Source: an uncultured Verrucomicrobiae bacterium (GTDB taxonomy: Bacteria > Verrucomicrobiota > Verrucomicrobiia > Chthoniobacterales > JAFAMB01). Taken from it: DNA of 64,000 bases. The DNA is taken from assembly GCA_963837955.1 (NCBI GenBank), contig CAWIPH010000002.1:3584001-3648000 (forward strand), in the 5' to 3' direction. Position 1 is the stretch's first letter, and each line of letters starts with the position of its first letter. Under the pieces are notes generated by a model that was given only the letters and a program-made list of their open reading frames with translations, was not told the origin of the DNA and made no database searches. Shown one piece after another: positions 30,388-39,683 of the stretch. The translations under genes were made by a program, and so were the position numbers.

Positions 30388-30678
30388 TTAACGCAGGAAC
30401 CGCGACAAGACACGATGAACTTCCGCGAGCAGCTCCGCGCGGTTCATTGGTTGGGCTTTAGGATGAACACTGCCTTTGCTCTGCCCGACGACACAGGTCT
30501 CCAGATGGTTGGTTAATAGCTCCAACCCGAGCGCGTCCAGCGCGGATCGGACCGCAGATATTTGATTCAGAATATCCACGCAGTACCGGTCTTCTTCGAT
30601 CATACGTTGAATCCCGCTGACTTGACCGGTAATGCGCTTGACCCGGCTAAGGATTTTACCACGGACTTCGTTCTTCAT
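30388..30678 (-). CDS. csoR: CsoR/RcnR family metal-sensing repressor
   Basis: [32 protein letters not shown]...HLETC with C-H-C ligands. Immediately upstream of copA. Confidence 0.92.
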   Translation of the reverse strand: MKNEVRGKILSRVKRITGQVSGIQRMIEEDRYCVDILNQISAVRSALDALGLELLTNHLETCVVGQSKGSVHPKAQPMNRAELLAEVHRVLSRFLR

Positions 30679-30685
30679 TACTACA

Positions 30686-30712
30686 TACATATACCCTGTA
30701 TAGGTATATGTA
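30686..30712. promoter_or_regulatory. CsoR operator candidate
   Basis: Perfect 10-bp inverted repeat TACATATACC-N7-GGTATATGTA with a TACC...GGTA core, just upstream of csoR. Confidence 0.75.
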
Positions 30713-30770
30713 AAATGAAACCATGTCTGTTGGGACGGACACTTTTTCTTAGCCTCTACCCAGCCCGCCC

Positions 30771-31141
30771 CCGCGCATGCGCATTAACCTAGGGAAGAGA
30801 TGTGTGCCGAGAAAACTCGTCCCGGCTTGTCCGCCGTAGCCCGGATGCCGGGCCACCAGCAAAGCGACTGCGCGAGGCGAAGGAGGGAGGGACTCAATGA
30901 AAGTAGCCCAGTACGAAGTGCTGGGGTGGCGTTCAAAAAACGACCCGTCCCGGAGGGGACGATCGACGGCTCCTTACGCTGGTGAAGCCGCATATGAGAG
31001 GACCGGGGACCCAAAACACTTCTATCGTCCCTTTTTTTGCATTATTTCCCAGCACTTCGTACTGGGCTACTTTCATTAAGTCCCTCCCGGGACGAGTCTT
31101 CCGCGCATGCTTCTAAGCCCTATGTTGACGCGCATGCGCGG
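30771..31141. repeat. Long nested palindromic element (REPIN/MITE-like), copy 1
   Basis: Outer IR ccgcgcatgcgc/gcgcatgcgcgg and inner IR atgaaagtagcccagtacgaagtgctggg/cccagcacttcgtactgggctactttcat. Confidence 0.85.
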
Positions 31142-31238
31142 CAAAGGCGGACGTAGCCGGGAGCAACACGCCCTACCTGCTTGGGTTTTCGATCTCGAGT
31201 TCGATCAACTCTAGAATCTCGTAACCTAGACCCCTGCT

Positions 31239-31583
31239 CTATTGAGCGTTTGCTCCCAAAAGCCACACCCGAACCCCATCGCGCTCAGCATCCGGGACCC
31301 GCTGCAAGATCTCTCGGGACGGTTGGGTAAGCGAATGACATGAAATTGCCATCACATCCTCTCCTTTCCCTACCGGAACGCCTGTCATGGCGAGGGGCGC
31401 AAGTTCTTCGGCCATGCGTCGCGCTTCCTGGCTTAACGAATCCTCGTCCTCCGGATCAGCAGCCTCTTTTTTCGCTGACGCGATCGGCACCTCTACTAAA
31501 ACGAGTATCTTTCTGCCGGTTTTCGAGCCCGAATGCTTGTGATGAGGTTCGAGCGTAACGTGAAAGTAAAGGGCTTCGGCCAT
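31239..31583 (-). CDS. Hypothetical protein
   Basis: Protein-like 114-aa ORF from MAEALYFHV filling the gap between repeats. Confidence 0.55.
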   Translation of the reverse strand: MAEALYFHVTLEPHHKHSGSKTGRKILVLVEVPIASAKKEAADPEDEDSLSQEARRMAEELAPLAMTGVPVGKGEDVMAISCHSLTQPSREILQRVPDAERDGVRVWLLGANAQ

Positions 31584-31662
31584 CTCGCAATTTATCAACC
31601 TTTTCGGGAACAGCGAATTGACACTAATGGACACGAATTAAGAGTTCGTTATTCGTGGGTAT

Positions 31663-31851
31663 TCGCAGCCCGACTCCGCAAAGCCTATGTCGCGGCCGGC
31701 TCTGTGATGTGCCTTAAATGCATTGCTAGGGCGCGCCGAAGTCTGCGAAGGCGGCCTGTCCCGCCGTAGCTCGCAGACCACCTTCGCTCTCCAAACTACG
31801 GCGTTTTCGCGGTTGTTATCGGTCGCGCCATAACGGAGCGAAGGAGGATCC
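31663..31851. repeat. Composite interspersed repeat (copy of the 10313-10414 element plus ccgccgtagc...gcgaaggagg units)
   Basis: Direct sequence comparison with 10313-10414 and 10498-10540. Confidence 0.7.
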
Positions 31852-31878
31852 ATTCGTGGTTAAGAACAAAGCGGGTCC

Positions 31879-33069
31879 TCAAGGCTCCTTGCCCACTAAA
31901 CGGTTGTATTTCCCGAGAATTTCGCGCAGACGGTCGTGAGGCAGAGCGTAGATGGTATTGTCATTAATTCCGCGCATCGTTTTCGCTGCGACCAGCGCAT
32001 TGATAATCGCCTCCTCCGTCGCTTCCACAGTGGCTGCAAGCAAAGGATCAAGATCATCGTTTGCCAGGGTGGACCAGTGCTGGCGGCCCTCGCTACGCGC
32101 GGGCACAGCGGTAGAAAAGGCAATAAACAGATCACCCGACGAGTTAGTGCTGACGCCGCCAGTGCGCGCCACACCGAGCGCTGCGCGTTTGGCCAATCGT
32201 TTCAATTGCTGCGGCAGCAAGGGCGCATTGGTCGCAATGACCACCAGAATCGAACCCTCCCTCTTGGAATTCCTATGGATTACCGGTTGCAGATCGGTAA
32301 TCTCCTTTCCGACCGGAACGCCAGCCACCATCAGGTTCTCCCGACTGCCGAAATTTGCCTGAACCAACACACCCACACAAAAACCGTCGGCGCTCTTCAC
32401 CAGCACGCGGGAGGCGGTGCCGATGCCTGCCTTAAACCCAAAAGCGCGCATGCCCGTTCCTCCACCAACGTTACCTTCAGCTACCGCGCCGCTCTTGGCG
32501 CCATCCAGGGCATGGAAAACATCCTCCTTTTTCACATGGAAACCGTTGATGTCATTAAGTTCGCCGTCCCAAGTTTCGCCAACCACCGGCAGGCTGAAAT
32601 ATTGCGTGTTTGGAAATTTCCTGTTACCCCAATCCACGATCGCGTCATGTACCACACCAACGCTATGCGTGTTGGTCAGCAGCACCGGACCTTCCAAGAA
32701 ACCCGATTCCTCAACCCATTCGCTACCAGTCATTTCTCCGTTGCCGTTAAAGGAAAACATTGCCGCAGGGACCGGCGTATTACTGTTATCTTTTCCGAGC
32801 GGCAGAATGGCGGTGACACCGGTGCGAACGGGGCCTTGGCCAACGACCAGTTTGCCCTCGCCTTCAACCAGAGTCGTGTGGCCCACCTCGACGCCGTGCA
32901 CATCCGTGATCGCATTGAGCTCGCCGGGCGTGCCCTCGAAAGGAATTCCTAGGTCGCGCGCTCGGATTACTCCGGTGGCGACGTAGGCGACCGCGGCGAC
33001 AGAGTGAAAACAACACAGCGCAACAATCACCGCCCCTCGGCCGAAGGTACTAGCCCGTTTAAGTGTCAT
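31879..33069 (-). CDS. P1/S58 (DmpA-like) aminopeptidase with signal peptide
   Basis: RARDLGI, NAITDV.GVEVGH, NGNGEMTG, EGNVGGGTGM, GS autocleavage site (EGSI) and SGDLF. Confidence 0.92.
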   Translation of the reverse strand: MTLKRASTFGRGAVIVALCCFHSVAAVAYVATGVIRARDLGIPFEGTPGELNAITDVHGVEVGHTTLVEGEGKLVVGQGPVRTGVTAILPLGKDNSNTPVPAAMFSFNGNGEMTGSEWVEESGFLEGPVLLTNTHSVGVVHDAIVDWGNRKFPNTQYFSLPVVGETWDGELNDINGFHVKKEDVFHALDGAKSGAVAEGNVGGGTGMRAFGFKAGIGTASRVLVKSADGFCVGVLVQANFGSRENLMVAGVPVGKEITDLQPVIHRNSKREGSILVVIATNAPLLPQQLKRLAKRAALGVARTGGVSTNSSGDLFIAFSTAVPARSEGRQHWSTLANDDLDPLLAATVEATEEAIINALVAAKTMRGINDNTIYALPHDRLREILGKYNRLVGKEP

Positions 33070-33177
33070 TTAGAGAAAGAGGCACCATATTTTTAAACAG
33101 AAGGAAGCAAAGGCTCGAGTTCACGTTTCTTGAACCTCACCAAAACATACCGAGATTCTGGGAGAAGAATCTTGTCC

Positions 33178-33654
33178 ATGGCAGAGATTAGCATCCGGTC
33201 AGCCGAATCCGCTGAAGAGATCGGCATCGTGCGAACATTGTTCGAGGAGTACGCTGCTTGGCTCGGATTTTCTCTTTGTTTCCAAGATTTCGATCAAGAA
33301 CTGGCGAACCTTCCCGGAAAGTATGCACCTCCTTCGGGTCGCCTGGTTCTGGCATGGTCTGGTTCCACGCCCGTTGGCTGCGGCGCATTGCGCTCCACCG
33401 ATCCGCTGATTTGCGAGATGAAGCGTCTTTACATCCGTCCCGAATTTCGCGGGCACGGCCTTGGCCGAAAAGTCGCAGAACACCTCATCCACGAAGCCAC
33501 CATTATTGGCTACTCGCTCATGCGGCTAGATACGATTCCAACAAAGATGGCAAAAGCCGGTAGTCTATATCATGCTCTTGGGTTCTACGAGATTCCGGCT
33601 TACTATCACAATCCGCACCGGGATGTCCGTTATCTGGAGCGACGGTTGCAGTAA
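33178..33654 (+). CDS. GNAT family N-acetyltransferase
   Basis: FQDFDQELANLPGKY, CEMKRLY, RGHGLG and LY..LGF. Confidence 0.9.
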   Translation: MAEISIRSAESAEEIGIVRTLFEEYAAWLGFSLCFQDFDQELANLPGKYAPPSGRLVLAWSGSTPVGCGALRSTDPLICEMKRLYIRPEFRGHGLGRKVAEHLIHEATIIGYSLMRLDTIPTKMAKAGSLYHALGFYEIPAYYHNPHRDVRYLERRLQ

Positions 33655-33791
33655 AGGATTCAGGCCCATTGCGATTTTTCGACCGAATAGGGTTTAGTCG
33701 GGCTCTAGATGCGCCTCCTGGGACCACCTTGCCAGGACACTCCCATTCGCGTCAAACACAAGAGACCCGATCATGATCGCGCAGCTCCGTC

Positions 33792-34110
33792 GGGGTGCTA
33801 AAGAAAATCAGTCCGGGCTTGTCCGCCGTAGCCCGGATGCCAGGCCACCAGCAAAGCGACTGCGCGAGGCGAAGGAGGGAGGGACCCGATGAAAGTAGCC
33901 CAGTCCGAAGTGCTGGGGATGGTGCGAAAGACAAGTCCGTCCCGTCAGGGACGATCGAAACCGTTGGTTCTTTGCCTCGCATGCGACTTCGCGAGCACAA
34001 GCAGACATCGATCGTCCCGTTCGGGACGGGTCGCTTTTTTGAACACCAACCCAGCACTTCGTACTGGGCTAGTTTCATTCTGCCCTCCGGGACTAGTTTT
34101 CTTTAGCCCC
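33792..34110. repeat. Long nested palindromic element (REPIN/MITE-like), copy 2
   Basis: Same arms and same about 60-bp insert (cttgtccgccgtagc...gcgaaggagg) as 30771-31141. Confidence 0.85.
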
Positions 34111-34325
34111 GCCCAGCTTACGGCGGGATAGCAGATCGGGAAGTAGTCTAGACTTTGCTTCCTTTGCTAACTTCTGTTCAAAAAAATCTTCGGAAGCTAT
34201 GCGATCTTCTGCGAGACACGGGTGCGTCGTCTTAGGGGAGAAGCCTCTACGAGCGCCGGGGACAAGCGGCTATGTCTTGTTTTCTCCTCCATGCTGCCGA
34301 CTTCCGACTTCCGGCACTGCAAGAC

Positions 34326-34381
34326 TCAAACGGTCGTATCAAACAAATGTTTCACTTGACTGTTTCAAACAGTTGTTTGAA
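34326..34381. promoter_or_regulatory. TetR-type operator array
   Basis: Perfect TTCAAAC-AGTT-GTTTGAA (34364-34381) plus two degenerate TCAAAC-N4-GT.T.A copies upstream, overlapping a TTGACT hexamer. Confidence 0.65.
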
Positions 34382-34426
34382 TATGGTCGCGTGGTAACTC
34401 GAGAACGACGCAGTCAAATCGAAACA

Positions 34427-35065
34427 ATGGAGGTCGGCGAGGAAAATACCCGCGACAAGATTCTCAATGCCGCCGGCGAAATCTTCGCCGAGTACGGATT
34501 TGAAGGCGCCACCATTCGGGCGATCACCGAACGGGCCGAGGTCAACGTGGCCGCAGTAAACTACCATTTTCGAGACAAAGCTGAACTTTACAACCGCGTT
34601 GTCGTGGACGCCTGCTCCGCCAGCGCGGCTTTGCATGACGTGATGGCTGAGGCCGCCGATTCACCTGAAGAAAGGTTGCACAGTCTGATCTGTCATTTCC
34701 TCGAGTACATGCTCGGCCCGGACCGGCCGGCTTGGAAGCGACGATTAATGGCCCGCGAGATGGCCAACCCGACTACTGCGCTCGATGAGCTCGTCGAAAA
34801 GAATATCCGGCCGTTACGAGATGATTTCCTGATGCCCACTCTGCGGGAACTCACTGACGGCCGCTTCAATCGACGGCAGCTGAGCCTACTCGGTTCAAGT
34901 GTCATGGGTCAATGTCTCTACTTCCATCAGTCCCGGCCAATTATCGAGCGGCTAAATCCCGATTTCAAAATCGGTAAGGCCGAAATCGAAGAGATAGCCG
35001 ACCACATTGCCCGCTTTTCGCTAGCTGCCATTGCCGAACTGACTCGCCAGGCACGCCGTTCTTAA
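34427..35065 (+). CDS. TetR family regulator (CecR/YbiH-like, DUF1956 C-terminus)
   Basis: TRDKILNAAGEIFAEYGFEGATIRAI...VNYHFRDKAELY, REMANPT and SVMGQC. Confidence 0.9.
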   Translation: MEVGEENTRDKILNAAGEIFAEYGFEGATIRAITERAEVNVAAVNYHFRDKAELYNRVVVDACSASAALHDVMAEAADSPEERLHSLICHFLEYMLGPDRPAWKRRLMAREMANPTTALDELVEKNIRPLRDDFLMPTLRELTDGRFNRRQLSLLGSSVMGQCLYFHQSRPIIERLNPDFKIGKAEIEEIADHIARFSLAAIAELTRQARRS

Positions 35066-35083
35066 CCTGACCCATTGAGCCCC

Positions 35084-36295
35084 ATGAGCGCTTCCTCCGC
35101 TACGACATCGCCTCCTCATCCCAAAGCCGCGAATCCGGTTCGACCGCCGGCGGCCGGGCCGGTCCCTCCTGCAAATACGGCGAATCCGACGCGGTCCGGT
35201 CGTCGTCTCGTCGTTCTTTGCGCCGTTGGCGCACTACTCTTGGGCGGAGGCACCTTTTGGTACATCAGCAACGCTGGCTATGAAACGACCGACGATGCGA
35301 CCATCGAGGGGCACGTGATCCAAGTTAGCCCAAAACTTTCGACCCATGTTAAAGCCGTCCATTTTGACGATAACTACCAAGTCAAGAAGGGTGATCTGTT
35401 AATCGAATTGGATTCCCGCGACTATGAAGTCAGTCTGGCTGGCGCCATGGCTAGCCTGGCGTCGGCCCAAAGCAGACTGACGGAAGCAGAAGCGCAGCAA
35501 ACCGTAGCCCAAGCAGGCCTCGGACAGGCAACAGCAGATCTGGCCAGTGCTCAGGCAACCGCGGACAATGACGAATCGGACCTCAAACGGAACGAACATC
35601 TGTTCCAGACTCATGTGATCGATCGACGTGAGTATGACGCTTCGGTCGCTCAGGCCAAAAGCGCTGCCGCCAATGTGGAGTCCGCCACAAAAAAAATCGC
35701 TTCCCAGGAGGCTCAAGTTCGACTGACTTCTGCTCAGTATGTCACCGCCTCTTCTACAGAGAGACAGGCGGAAGCCCAACTGCGGCAGGCGCAGTTACAA
35801 TTATCCTATACCCAGATCTTCGCTCCTTTTGACGGCCGAGTAACTAAGAAGAGTGTAGAGCCGGGCAACTATGTCCAACCAGGTCAAACCCTCTTTTCAC
35901 TCGTTCCGCCCGACGTCTGGGTAGTTGCCAATTTCAAAGAGACTCAGCTGAAGCAAATGAAAGTTGGGCAGCCGGTTTCCGTGCGGGTTGATGCGATTCC
36001 CGGTCGTGATTTCAGCGCCCACGTCGAAAGCTTTCAGATCGGTACTGGTAGCCGATTCACTTTGTTGCCGCCGGAAAATGCGACCGGAAATTTTGTGAAG
36101 GTCGTGCAACGTGTGCCGGTGAAGATCGTCTTCGACGAACCGTTGGCAGATCTCGATCGGCTCTGGCCGGGTGAATCGGTCGAACCGAAGGTTAATGTCC
36201 ACGATAACTCTGCCAAACGCGGTCAACGCGCTGAGCCGCTTCCGCCGGCCATACTCGGTGCCGCCAACGATCCTGTTGCGATCGCGGAGAAATGA
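35084..36295 (+). CDS. HlyD/EmrA family efflux membrane fusion protein
   Basis: TDDA, I.APFDG, WVVANFKETQL and LLPPENATGNFVKVVQRVPV. Confidence 0.93.
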   Translation: MSASSATTSPPHPKAANPVRPPAAGPVPPANTANPTRSGRRLVVLCAVGALLLGGGTFWYISNAGYETTDDATIEGHVIQVSPKLSTHVKAVHFDDNYQVKKGDLLIELDSRDYEVSLAGAMASLASAQSRLTEAEAQQTVAQAGLGQATADLASAQATADNDESDLKRNEHLFQTHVIDRREYDASVAQAKSAAANVESATKKIASQEAQVRLTSAQYVTASSTERQAEAQLRQAQLQLSYTQIFAPFDGRVTKKSVEPGNYVQPGQTLFSLVPPDVWVVANFKETQLKQMKVGQPVSVRVDAIPGRDFSAHVESFQIGTGSRFTLLPPENATGNFVKVVQRVPVKIVFDEPLADLDRLWPGESVEPKVNVHDNSAKRGQRAEPLPPAILGAANDPVAIAEK

Positions 36296-36346
36296 GCCCA
36301 TTCGCGCTAATCGACTCCGGAAGGAAACAATTCGGCAAACGAGCAC

Positions 36347-37936
36347 ATGAGTCACGCAATCACGCCAAGCGGACGTTCGATAAATCCATGGTGGATCGGA
36401 TTGACGCTGACCATCGCCACCTTCATGGAGCTGCTGGATACCAGCATTGCGAACGTCTCGCTCCCGCACATCGCGGGCGGTCTCGGAACCAGTCTCGACG
36501 AAGCAACTTGGGTCCTGACCAGTTACCTGGTAGCCAACGCCGTCGTTCTTCCACTGAGCGCCTGGTTGAGTCGCGTCTTCGGTCGAAAGAACTACTACAT
36601 GACTTGCGTCGCCCTATTCACGCTCAGCTCGTTCTTTTGCGGGATAGCTCCGAACCTCGGTACCTTGATTTTTTGCCGGGTGCTGCAGGGAATTGCTGGC
36701 GGCGGCCTAGCTCCCTCGGAACAGTCCATGCTGGTGGATGCCTTCCCGCCAGCCAAACGCGCAGCGGCCTTTGGGCTCTACAGTATGGCTATCGTGCTGG
36801 CTCCGGCTCTTGGACCGACTCTCGGTGGGTGGATAACAGATAATTCCTCCTGGCGCTGGGTCTTCCTCATTAACATTCCGGTCGGCTTCCTGTCGCTTTT
36901 CCTGACAAGCCGGCTAGTCACCGATCCGCCCGCATTTACCGAAGAGCGCCGCCGGATCAAGGCTTCCGGTAAGGCTCAGGTCGATTACCTTGGAATTCTG
37001 TTGTTCGCGGTCGGCTTCGGGTTTCTAGAGGTCGTCCTCGATAAGGGTCAAGAGGATGATTGGTTCAGCAGCCCATTCATCACCACATTCACAGTGATCA
37101 GTGTGATTGCGCTGATCGTTGCCGTTATTTGGGAGCTTCACCACAAAGATCCGGTGGTCGATTTGACGCTATTGGGAAATCGAAACTTCGCACTGGCTTG
37201 CATACTGTTTTTCTTGTTCGGATTTATCCTGTTCTGCAGCACCGTGCTGATGCCTCAACTCTTGCAAACGCTGGACAACTACGACGCTACTACGGCCGGA
37301 ATGGCGCTGACTCCTGGAGCTCTGGTTATTGTGGCCATGGCACCGTTCGTCGTACGACTCACCCCGATCGTCGGAGCGAAACGGCTTATTTTGATTGGGT
37401 TCTTCTTCTTGGCGGTGGCGGTGTGGCATTTGGGGAATCTCAGTCTGACCGCCGACTATTGGGTCTTCGCCCAAGCGCGCATGCTGCAAGGATTTGGGCT
37501 CGGATTTCTGATCGTCCCGATCACGCAGGTCGCCTATTCCTATCTTCCGCTAGAGAAGAACAATAAGGCGAGCAGTCTCACGAATCTATTTCGCAACGAG
37601 GGCGCCAGTTTTGGTATCACGTTTGCAAACACCATGTTGGCACAGCGCGGCCAATTTCATCAAAGTGTACTTGCGCAGCACCTAACTCCCGACAACTCAA
37701 TTTACCGCGATTGGCTGCAACGAGTAACCAGCGCATTCATGCATGCCGGATATTCGGCCGTGGAGGCAGCGAACCGAGCTGAGGCCCAATTGTATAGCGT
37801 TTTAAATCAGCAGGCGTCGCTACTCTCCTACCTTGATTCGTTTGTCGGCCTGATCGTCGCAGCCTGCGCCGGCCTGGCTTTCGCGTTGGTCATCAAGAAT
37901 TTCAGGCCGCCCGGTAAACCCGCGGACGCGCATTGA
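36347..37936 (+). CDS. DHA2 MFS efflux permease (EmrB/QacA family)
   Basis: LDTSIANVSLPHIAG, WVLTSYLVAN, GPTLGGWITDN.SWRWVF.INIP and KGQEDDWF. Confidence 0.93.
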   Translation: MSHAITPSGRSINPWWIGLTLTIATFMELLDTSIANVSLPHIAGGLGTSLDEATWVLTSYLVANAVVLPLSAWLSRVFGRKNYYMTCVALFTLSSFFCGIAPNLGTLIFCRVLQGIAGGGLAPSEQSMLVDAFPPAKRAAAFGLYSMAIVLAPALGPTLGGWITDNSSWRWVFLINIPVGFLSLFLTSRLVTDPPAFTEERRRIKASGKAQVDYLGILLFAVGFGFLEVVLDKGQEDDWFSSPFITTFTVISVIALIVAVIWELHHKDPVVDLTLLGNRNFALACILFFLFGFILFCSTVLMPQLLQTLDNYDATTAGMALTPGALVIVAMAPFVVRLTPIVGAKRLILIGFFFLAVAVWHLGNLSLTADYWVFAQARMLQGFGLGFLIVPITQVAYSYLPLEKNNKASSLTNLFRNEGASFGITFANTMLAQRGQFHQSVLAQHLTPDNSIYRDWLQRVTSAFMHAGYSAVEAANRAEAQLYSVLNQQASLLSYLDSFVGLIVAACAGLAFALVIKNFRPPGKPADAH

Positions 37937-38142
37937 GGTAGGGCGGATGCTCCAGCCTCCGCAATGCGGTGCGCGATTGGTCGAGCACTCGATGCCGGAG
38001 CCACAGGATCCGGACTACGCTCAACGGTAGGGCGGATGCTCCAGCCTCCGCAATGCGATGTGTGATTGGCCAAGCGCTCGATTCCGGAGCCAGAGGATCC
38101 GGACTACGCTCGATGGTGGGCGGAGTCGGGTTTCGCCCTACC
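37937..38142. repeat. Tandem 89-bp GTAG-headed repeat (2 units plus a partial)
   Basis: Units start at 37937, 38026 and 38115 (ggtagggcggatgctccagcctccgc...ggatccggactacgctc) and end in ttcgccctacc. Between convergent genes. Confidence 0.85.
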
Positions 38143-38240
38143 AATCAGGGATTACCAACCAGGGATGATTACTACGTCGGCAGCGGTCCCGAAAATATCC
38201 GAACGATGTGGTAAAGTATCGAACGCGCGGGAGCGCGTCC

Positions 38241-39668
38241 CTACCCTCCGAAATTCACAACTAGGGTCTTTGGCTCGGTCATCTCCTCCATGGCATACTT
38301 CACGCCTTCACGGCCGAAGCCGCTCAGCTTTACTCCTCCATAAGGCATGTTCTCCACCCGATAGGTCGGCACCTGGTTAATGAGCACGGCCGCTACTTCG
38401 AGTGATTCGTACGCTTGGTGAGCGAGTTTCAGATCACGCGTAAACACCCCGGTTTGCATCCCCCATTGTGAATGATTCACTTTGGCGATCGCGTCGGCGA
38501 AGTCATCGTACGGTTCAAGCACAACAACCGGAGCGAATGCTTCTTCGCAGCTAATCGGTTGATCTTCCGGCACCTGCTCCAGGACAATCGGTCCGACACA
38601 CTGACCATCGATCGTCTTTTCCGTGGCCAGTTTCGCACCTGCCGCAACCGCTTGATCAACCCACTTGGAAACCTTTTGCACCGCCTCCGGCGCAATCATC
38701 GGACCAATCACCGTCTCGCGACCGCGCGGATCGCCGGTTTTCACTTTGTCTCTTACGTAACCGAGGAAAGCATCTCGAAATGCTCCATAGATTCGGCTCT
38801 GCACGTAAACCCTTTGCACGCTAATGCAAGATTGACCGGCATAGCCAAAAGCGCCGTTGGCAATCGGCGCAATCTTGCTTTCCCACTCGGCATCCGTGTG
38901 AACGATGGCAGCTGCGTTACCGCCAAGTTCCAGGCAAACTTTTTTGGTATTACATTTTTCTTTAATCTTCCAACCGACGGCAGCGCTGCCGGTGAACGAA
39001 ACCATTTTAACCCGTTCGTCGGTATAGTAAGGTTCCATCAGACCGACATCGAAAGGCACGATATTGACTAACCCAGCCGGAACACCGGCTTCCTGTAGCG
39101 ATTCAGCCAGAAGGAAAGCGGTAAGCACCGTCCGCGGCGACGGTTTAATAACGATAGAATTACCCGCGGCTAGGGCCGGAGCCACCTTGTGAGCAACGAG
39201 ATTGAGCGGAAAATTGAACGGCGTAATTCCAAAGATCACTCCAATCGGGAAGCGGCGCACTGAACCGGCATGCTTTTTCCCCCATTCACTTCCGTCCATC
39301 GCGATGAGTTCACCATGGGACTGGCGGCATTCCGAGGATGCAAAGAGAAAAGTGTGTTGAGCACGCGCCACCTCTGCCTCGGCCAGAGTAACCGGTTTGC
39401 CCGCTTCTTGAATCAACAGGTCGACAAATTCCTGGTTCCGGCGCTTGATAACAGCGGCGACTTCGCTGAGGAAGAGCGCTCGTGCCGCCGGAGTTAATTC
39501 GCGGTTGCGCAAAAAGGCTTCATGCGCGGATTGAAACGCCTGTTCTACTTGTTCGGGACGCGCCTGAAAGTAGCTGCCGATCAGCTCATGCGTATAGGGG
39601 TTCCTCACTTCGCATGATTGGGTGGAACTGACCCAATCGCCCCCGATTAAAAATGCTTTGGGAGTCAT
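38241..39668 (-). CDS. Aldehyde dehydrogenase (GapN/lactaldehyde-dehydrogenase-like, not IolA/MmsA)
   Basis: ITPFNFPLNLVAHK, FTGSAAVG, LELGGN, AGQSCISVQR, EEAFAP and MPYGGVK.SG.GREG. 15 bp after the last iol transporter gene. Confidence 0.88.
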   Translation of the reverse strand: MTPKAFLIGGDWVSSTQSCEVRNPYTHELIGSYFQARPEQVEQAFQSAHEAFLRNRELTPAARALFLSEVAAVIKRRNQEFVDLLIQEAGKPVTLAEAEVARAQHTFLFASSECRQSHGELIAMDGSEWGKKHAGSVRRFPIGVIFGITPFNFPLNLVAHKVAPALAAGNSIVIKPSPRTVLTAFLLAESLQEAGVPAGLVNIVPFDVGLMEPYYTDERVKMVSFTGSAAVGWKIKEKCNTKKVCLELGGNAAAIVHTDAEWESKIAPIANGAFGYAGQSCISVQRVYVQSRIYGAFRDAFLGYVRDKVKTGDPRGRETVIGPMIAPEAVQKVSKWVDQAVAAGAKLATEKTIDGQCVGPIVLEQVPEDQPISCEEAFAPVVVLEPYDDFADAIAKVNHSQWGMQTGVFTRDLKLAHQAYESLEVAAVLINQVPTYRVENMPYGGVKLSGFGREGVKYAMEEMTEPKTLVVNFGG

Positions 39669-39683
39669 AACAGCAATTTCTTT

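Noticed and set aside
31936..32952. Long antisense ORFs (e.g. 338 aa here, 12653-13291, 4737-5345)
   Set aside because: They lie opposite well-supported genes and have no motifs. Shadow ORFs from codon bias.
30784..34131. ORFs such as 30800-30985, 30897-31079, 33752-34078, 33795-34106 and 33889-34131 that resemble each other
   Set aside because: The similarity comes from the repeated palindromic DNA element, not from a protein family.
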